Source of the DNA: an uncultured Fibrobacterota bacterium | Lineage (GTDB): Bacteria > Fibrobacterota > Chitinivibrionia > Chitinivibrionales > WJKA01 | Assembly: GCA_964571815.1 (NCBI GenBank) | Contig: CAZNDN010000137.1 | Coordinates: forward strand, 1-10,555 | Length of the DNA: 10,555 nt | Direction: 5' to 3' | Shown: piece after piece, positions 5,975 to 10,555 of the stretch | Position numbering within the stretch: the first letter of the stretch is position 1 | Layout of the letters: every line of letters starts with the position of its first letter | Program-made: the position numbers and the translations under genes | Notes under the pieces: model-generated | What the model was told of the DNA's origin: nothing | Seen by the model: the letters and a program-made list of their open reading frames with translations, nothing else | The model's database searches: none

Positions 5975-7282
5975 ATGAAAACCATGCTGTGGGTCGTTGT
6001 TGCGCTTTTGCCGGCGGCCGCCGGAACGGACAATCTCCGCTTCGGCGGGTATGTCGAAAACGGCACATCGGTGATGCTTGCCGACGAGGAGAGCATCTCC
6101 GATGCCGCATCGGTGCGGCTTGAAGGAGACTGGGATTTCGGCAAGCGGGGCGCTATCGAGACGCATGTCCTTCTCTCGGCGGCGCTTCAGCCGCTCGACC
6201 CGAGTATCGCGTTCCGGCGGAATTCCTTTCTTGCGGACATCATGGATGAGTTGGAGCAGGGGCTCATGGCGGAGGCAGCGGACGTGCTGGGGCAGGAACC
6301 TGTGGACACCAACGAAGTGGACTCCGCTCAGCTCCGCGAGCAGGCTCGCCTGCAGCGGAAACGGCGGAAGCAGGTGGACAATCTCCTTACCTACCTGCCC
6401 TATACATCGTTTTACCCGGTGGATCGGGTTCTTCTGGACCGGGCCTTGCTGAAGCTGTATTTCGAGGGTGCTGATTTGTATATCGGTCGCCAGACTATCG
6501 CCTGGGGCACGGGCTACGCGTTCAACCCCACGGATATCTGGAACAGGAAAAACCCTCTGGATCCCACTGCCCCCAAAGTTGGTGTCAACGCCCTGCGCGC
6601 GGAGATTCCGCTAGGCATGCTCAGCGGAATCTCCCTTGTCCTGGCCCCCGGCCCCGATTTCGATCACACGAGCGGGGGCATGCGGTTGAAAGGAAACCTG
6701 GGCGGGTTCGATCTGTCCATCTCGGGCATGCGTATCATGAATGCCGACCGGGAGCTGCTGGGGTTGCCCGAGAAATGGGCGATCGGCGCGGATATGGCCG
6801 GTCAGATCGGTGATGTGGGCGTGTGGACCGAGGCCGCGGTCAACAATCCCGTGTACGATGGCATGTCGTACACCGATTTGGATTCGTTGTACGTGCAGGC
6901 TGATGCAGGGGCGGATTACACGTTTGAGTGGGGCACGTACGTCATGCTGGAGTACTACTACAACGGCCCGGGGCGCGGCGATCCCGACGACTACGGCGTG
7001 CGGGATCTGCTGTATGTGTTCACCGGTGAAACCGCCGGCTTCGGACGTCACTACCTCATGGCCGGCACGCGGCATACCTTCGGCAATTATTACCGCGTGT
7101 CCGGTTTCGTACTGGGCAATATCAGCGATCGTTCGGCCATGCTGCTGCCCTCCATTGCCTACGATTTCTCGGACAACATGACAATAGAACTCAGCTCCCA
7201 GATCGGAATCGGCGACAAGAAGCGAACCGAGTTCGGCGCAGTGTTCGGCAACCTGATGCTGACGGTCACGGGGTATTTTTAG
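5975..7282 (+). CDS. Putative outer-membrane beta-barrel protein (435 aa), with signal peptide and C-terminal aromatic residue
   Basis: GGAGG SD 5 nt upstream. Signal peptide MKTMLWVVVALLPAAAG. The C-terminus ...FGNLMLTVTGYF ends in Phe, the OMP beta-signature. There are many alternating-hydrophobic strands with G/Y/N/D-rich turns (YYRVSGFVLGNISD, MTIELSSQIGIGD, YTFEWGTYVMLEYYYNG). It also has an unusual internal charged segment, QLREQARLQRKRRKQVDN. Family not recognised. Confidence 0.6.
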   Translation: MKTMLWVVVALLPAAAGTDNLRFGGYVENGTSVMLADEESISDAASVRLEGDWDFGKRGAIETHVLLSAALQPLDPSIAFRRNSFLADIMDELEQGLMAEAADVLGQEPVDTNEVDSAQLREQARLQRKRRKQVDNLLTYLPYTSFYPVDRVLLDRALLKLYFEGADLYIGRQTIAWGTGYAFNPTDIWNRKNPLDPTAPKVGVNALRAEIPLGMLSGISLVLAPGPDFDHTSGGMRLKGNLGGFDLSISGMRIMNADRELLGLPEKWAIGADMAGQIGDVGVWTEAAVNNPVYDGMSYTDLDSLYVQADAGADYTFEWGTYVMLEYYYNGPGRGDPDDYGVRDLLYVFTGETAGFGRHYLMAGTRHTFGNYYRVSGFVLGNISDRSAMLLPSIAYDFSDNMTIELSSQIGIGDKKRTEFGAVFGNLMLTVTGYF

Positions 7283-7324
7283 TGAAGGACAGCGTGTCTC
7301 ATCTGAAACTAGTGGGAGAATCTC

Positions 7325-8020
7325 ATGCCGACAACGCTTCAACTCAAGGCAATCACGAAGGATTTCAGCAAGGGTGAGCGCACGGTCCACGCGCTTCGGG
7401 GGGTGGATCTGACTATTGACAAAGGCGAACTCCTCGCCATAGTCGGACCTTCGGGGAGCGGCAAGACCACGCTGTTGAATATTGTCGGCTGTCTGGATAC
7501 GCCGTCGGGCGGTGAGGTGGTGTACGACGGGGCGAGGCTGGGAACCATGAAAGAGGCTGAGCTGGCGGAGTACCGCAAGAAGCATATCGCCTTCATCTTC
7601 CAGTCGTACAATCTGATTCCGGTGCTCACCGTGCGCGAGAATGTGGAGCTGCCCCTGGTGATCGAGAAGAGCGTGTCGCCGGAGGAGATGAGCAGGCGGG
7701 CCATGGCCGTGATCGAGACCGTGGGGCTGCAAGGCATGGAGGACCGTCTTCCGAGGGAACTCTCCGGCGGGCAGGAGCAGCGGGTGGCGATTGCCCGCGC
7801 GCTGGTGAAGAACCCCCTGGTGGTGCTGGCCGACGAGCCCACGGCAAATCTCGATTCGCACACGGCCGAGGATATCATGAAAGTGATGGAAGAGATGAAC
7901 CGCACTCATCGGACCACGTTCATCTTCTCCACGCACGATACCATGGTACGGGATCATGCGGCGCGGGTGGTGACGTTGCATGACGGCGGTGTGGAATCGG
8001 ACGAAAGGAAGCAGGCATGA
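7325..8020 (+). CDS. ABC transporter ATP-binding protein, LolD/MacB/FtsE subfamily
   Basis: GGGAGA SD 5 nt upstream. Walker [10 protein letters not shown]; Q-loop; signature [15 protein letters not shown]; Walker [13 protein letters not shown]; H-loop FSTHD. The short 231-aa single NBD is typical of the LolD/MacB-ATPase clade that partners with FtsX-fold permeases. Confidence 0.95.
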   Translation: MPTTLQLKAITKDFSKGERTVHALRGVDLTIDKGELLAIVGPSGSGKTTLLNIVGCLDTPSGGEVVYDGARLGTMKEAELAEYRKKHIAFIFQSYNLIPVLTVRENVELPLVIEKSVSPEEMSRRAMAVIETVGLQGMEDRLPRELSGGQEQRVAIARALVKNPLVVLADEPTANLDSHTAEDIMKVMEEMNRTHRTTFIFSTHDTMVRDHAARVVTLHDGGVESDERKQA

Positions 8021-9270
8021 GAATGATTGCACGCATTGCGGTCAGGAATATCCTTCGCCACAAGCGCCGCACAATTACTTCGGGCATCACGATCGCCGTA
8101 GGGATGTGGTTTTACACGTTCATGGATTCGGTGATGGCCGGGCTTGACCGGGGGGGTATCGACAACATGATCGAGCTGACTTCATCGGCGGTGAAAATCC
8201 GGACCGCGGAGTACGATCGGGACAAGGAGGCGTTTCCCCTGAAGCACGGTATTCCCGACGTGGAGGCAGTGCGCGAGGAACTTACTCAGGATCCGCGTGT
8301 GAGGGGGGTTGCGCCGCGCACGCGTTTTGTGGGGCAGCTTTCCAATTACACCGAGGAAGTGCCGGTGGTGGGGACGGTGGTCGAGCCGGCGGTGGACAGC
8401 ACGGTCTTTTCGCTCACTGAATACCTGATCGGCGATTACTTCTCCGGAGACAGCCGGGGAGAGATCATTCTGGGCAGGCAGTTGGCCCGGGAGATGGGGG
8501 TTGACACGGGCGGCTACATTACGCTGTATGCGTTGACGCGGTATGAAAGTCGCAACGCCGATGAGTTCAGGGTGGTGGGGCTGCTTAACACGAGCGATCC
8601 GCGGCTCAACCGGAGTTCGGTGATGATCTCCTGCGACGCGGCCGGGGAGTTTCTCGATCTGGACGGGTTGGTGACCGAAGTCAACGTGGGGCTGGAGCGG
8701 CGGGTGAACCTGGCGGATATGAAGGCCGAAGCCCGGCGGGTGAAGGAGCGGGTCGAAGAGGCCTTTCCGGCTCTGACGGCGACCACGTTCATGGAAGCGG
8801 CCGCGAGTTTTCTGGAGCTTGCCAAAAGCAAACGCGCGTTCGGGATTGTGTTCCTGATGGTCATCCTTGTGATTGCCGGCGTAGGCATATTCAACTCCGT
8901 GCTCATGAGCGTGTACGAGCGTATCCGTGAGGTCGGCGTGCTGCGCGCCCACGGCATCAAACCGTCGGAGGTCTCGACCATGTTTGTGATGGAGGGATTC
9001 ATGACCGGCGTGTTCGGCTCGGTGCTGGGGTTGATCATGGGCGTGGCGACCAATGTGGTGCTCATCACCTACGGCTATCCGATCGACAAGATTGCCGGGG
9101 ATATCGCGATGGAGGGTTTCCCTTACTGGGGCACGATATATGGTGAGTGGAATGTCGGGACGCTGCTGTTCCTGCTCGTGTTCGGCATTCTGACGGCCAC
9201 GATAGCCGGGATCATCCCGGCGCGGAAAGCCGGAAAAATGGAGGTAACGCATGCGCTTCGGTTTGTATGA
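8017..9270 (+). CDS. ABC transporter permease, FtsX/MacB fold (LolC/LolE-like): N-terminal TM1, ~230-aa periplasmic domain, three C-terminal TM helices
   Basis: Its ATG overlaps the ATPase stop as ATGA, indicating translational coupling, with an AAGGAAG SD 5 nt upstream. The N-terminus [33 protein letters not shown] is the LolC/E-type start. The C-terminal TM block [21 protein letters not shown]... is the FtsX signature region. Confidence 0.9.
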   Translation: MRMIARIAVRNILRHKRRTITSGITIAVGMWFYTFMDSVMAGLDRGGIDNMIELTSSAVKIRTAEYDRDKEAFPLKHGIPDVEAVREELTQDPRVRGVAPRTRFVGQLSNYTEEVPVVGTVVEPAVDSTVFSLTEYLIGDYFSGDSRGEIILGRQLAREMGVDTGGYITLYALTRYESRNADEFRVVGLLNTSDPRLNRSSVMISCDAAGEFLDLDGLVTEVNVGLERRVNLADMKAEARRVKERVEEAFPALTATTFMEAAASFLELAKSKRAFGIVFLMVILVIAGVGIFNSVLMSVYERIREVGVLRAHGIKPSEVSTMFVMEGFMTGVFGSVLGLIMGVATNVVLITYGYPIDKIAGDIAMEGFPYWGTIYGEWNVGTLLFLLVFGILTATIAGIIPARKAGKMEVTHALRFV

Positions 9271-9302
9271 GCATGCAAAACGCGCAATCTGTTGTTCATG
9301 TG

Positions 9303-9326
9303 CACGAGTACGAGTACGAGCACGAG
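9303..9326 (+). repeat. Tandem hexamer repeat (CACGAG TACGAG TACGAG CACGAG) in the 80-bp gap between the two permease genes
   Basis: Seen in sequence: 4 x YACGAG. A mini-ORF (ATG 9267 to TAA 9347, 26 aa, [26 protein letters not shown]) reads the repeat as HEYEYEHE. It has no convincing SD, and its ATG overlaps the upstream permease stop. Confidence 0.5.
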
Positions 9327-9350
9327 GACTATTCCGGACAGGACTAACGT

Positions 9351-10555
9351 ATGTGGTATTTTCTGAAGCTTGCGCTTCGTAACCTTCGCCGCAACAGGCG
9401 TCGGTCTTTGCTGGCCGTGTTGTCGGTGTCGCTGGCGATTACTTTCATCGTGTTTCTTCAGGGCATGATCGGCGGGTTCATGGGTTCGCTGGTGCGCAAT
9501 TACACGCGCAGTGAAACCGGTCATGTCCGGATTGCGACCCGGGATTTCGTGGACAAAATACGTTTCTATCCGGTGACCGAGAATATCGAGAATCCGCAAT
9601 CGATTATCGAGACGGTGCGGAGCGATCCGCGGATCGCGGAGCACGTGGAGATAGTCACGGAGCGGACTAATTTCGGGGTGCTTCTGAGCCACCACGGCAA
9701 CAACCGGAACGCGGTGGCCCTGGCCGGCGATCCGGAGACCGAACGGGACCTACTGCTTCTGCACAAGTCCATTCTTCCGGGCGGGCGCTATATCCAGGGT
9801 GAACGTGAGACGATTATGGGGGCGGCGCTGGCCGAGGCGCTTGATTACGAGGTTGGCGACACGGTGAAAGTCATGGCACAGGGAAGCGACTATGCGCTTC
9901 ATCTTCGAAAATTGGCGATTGTGGGCCTGTTCGAATCGGGACTCAGGGAGATGGATGAGCGCATTTTTCAGATGTCGCTCAGTGATGCCAGGGAGCTGCT
10001 GCGTATGCGCACGGCGACTCAGCAGATTGTTATCATGCTTGACGATTATCATCGTGCCGGCGCGGTTGCCGGGGCGTTGCAAAGCGCAATCGGCGACACG
10101 ACGCTGTCGATTCAGTCGTGGAGAGACGCGGGCATATACGGCGACTACGTCACCATGGCCTCGAACGTGTACGGGATCATCTACCTGGTGATTGCGCTGC
10201 TGGGAACGTTTATTATCGGCAATATCATGATGATGGTGGTGCTGGAGCGGCGGCGGGAGATCGGTGTGCTCAAGTCAATGGGCTTCTCGCGTCGTGGGAT
10301 CCTGGTTTTGTTCGTAATGGAAGGCTTGCTGCTGGGGCTGGCCGGAAGTCTGGCCGGCGTAATCGGCGGGACTGGGGTGTCGCTGTATTTTCATGTTTTC
10401 GGCCTTGACTTCACCAGCGCCCTCAGCTCGGTAAGCATGCCCATGGACAACGTGGTATACACCACGATCGAAGTCGGCGGTCTGATTCAGGCGCTTGTTC
10501 TGGGAACAATCGTTGCGGGCGTGGTCTCCTTGATCCCGTCATGGCAGGCCGCGAG
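9351..10555 (+). CDS. Second FtsX/MacB-fold ABC permease (LolC/LolE-like paralogue), 3'-partial: 401 codons seen and no stop within the window
   Basis: AGGA SD 7 nt upstream. It is absent from the ORF track only because it runs off the window. Translation starts MWYFLKLALRNLRRNRRRSLLAVLSVSLAITFIVFLQGMIGGF (TM1). A periplasmic domain follows, then the FtsX signature block IIYLVIALLGTFIIGNIMMMVVLERRREIGVLKSMGFSRRGILVLFVMEGLLLGLAGSLAG. No internal stops up to position 10553. Confidence 0.9.
   Translation, partial: MWYFLKLALRNLRRNRRRSLLAVLSVSLAITFIVFLQGMIGGFMGSLVRNYTRSETGHVRIATRDFVDKIRFYPVTENIENPQSIIETVRSDPRIAEHVEIVTERTNFGVLLSHHGNNRNAVALAGDPETERDLLLLHKSILPGGRYIQGERETIMGAALAEALDYEVGDTVKVMAQGSDYALHLRKLAIVGLFESGLREMDERIFQMSLSDARELLRMRTATQQIVIMLDDYHRAGAVAGALQSAIGDTTLSIQSWRDAGIYGDYVTMASNVYGIIYLVIALLGTFIIGNIMMMVVLERRREIGVLKSMGFSRRGILVLFVMEGLLLGLAGSLAGVIGGTGVSLYFHVFGLDFTSALSSVSMPMDNVVYTTIEVGGLIQALVLGTIVAGVVSLIPSWQAA

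Noticed and set aside
1123-7181. Plus-strand alternative-frame ORFs (1123..1554, 2074..2652, 3094..3651, 3823..4137, 6078..6452, 6741..7181, 9892..10191, 10118..10408)
   Set aside because: They overlap the real frames of the SPFH, MMPL, OMP and permease genes out of frame. Their composition is random GC-rich (R/G/A/P). None has an RBS.
869-9695. Seven long minus-strand ORFs (869..1768, 1964..4012 at 682 aa, 4019..4987, 5318..6166, 6611..8032, 8182..9252, 9123..9695)
   Set aside because: Each lies antisense to a plus-strand gene with unmistakable domain signatures (SPFH, MMPL, LolA-like, OMP, ABC ATPase, FtsX). Their translations are Arg/His/Pro/Gly-rich low-complexity strings with no motifs, as expected for shadow ORFs in >60% GC DNA. 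Gene junctions and SD sites only make sense on the plus strand.

Overview
GC-rich (about 60-65% by eye) bacterial DNA, probably from a diderm organism. Apart from the first ~400 bp, the window is one dense, co-directional (+ strand) gene array with short or overlapping junctions, so it looks like a single operon. The genes, in order, are: a sigma70-like promoter with a palindromic operator; a short YtrA-like GntR-family repressor; an SPFH/band-7 (stomatin-like) membrane protein; a 982-aa RND-superfamily MMPL-type exporter; a possible 71-aa Arg-rich coupling ORF; a LolA-like periplasmic protein; a 435-aa putative outer-membrane beta-barrel protein; a LolD/MacB-type ABC ATPase; and two FtsX/LolC-LolE-type permeases. 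The second permease runs off the 3' edge and is missing from the ORF track because it has no in-window stop. Together these parts look like a self-contained, repressor-controlled lipid or lipoprotein export system. It combines an RND pump and a LolCDE-like extractor around one LolA-like carrier and one outer-membrane barrel, with an SPFH scaffold. That combination is not a canonical described system and is the main finding. All long minus-strand ORFs are antisense shadows of these genes. The first ~400 bp (GC-rich, hairpin-rich, with frame 1 open but not protein-like) remain unexplained.
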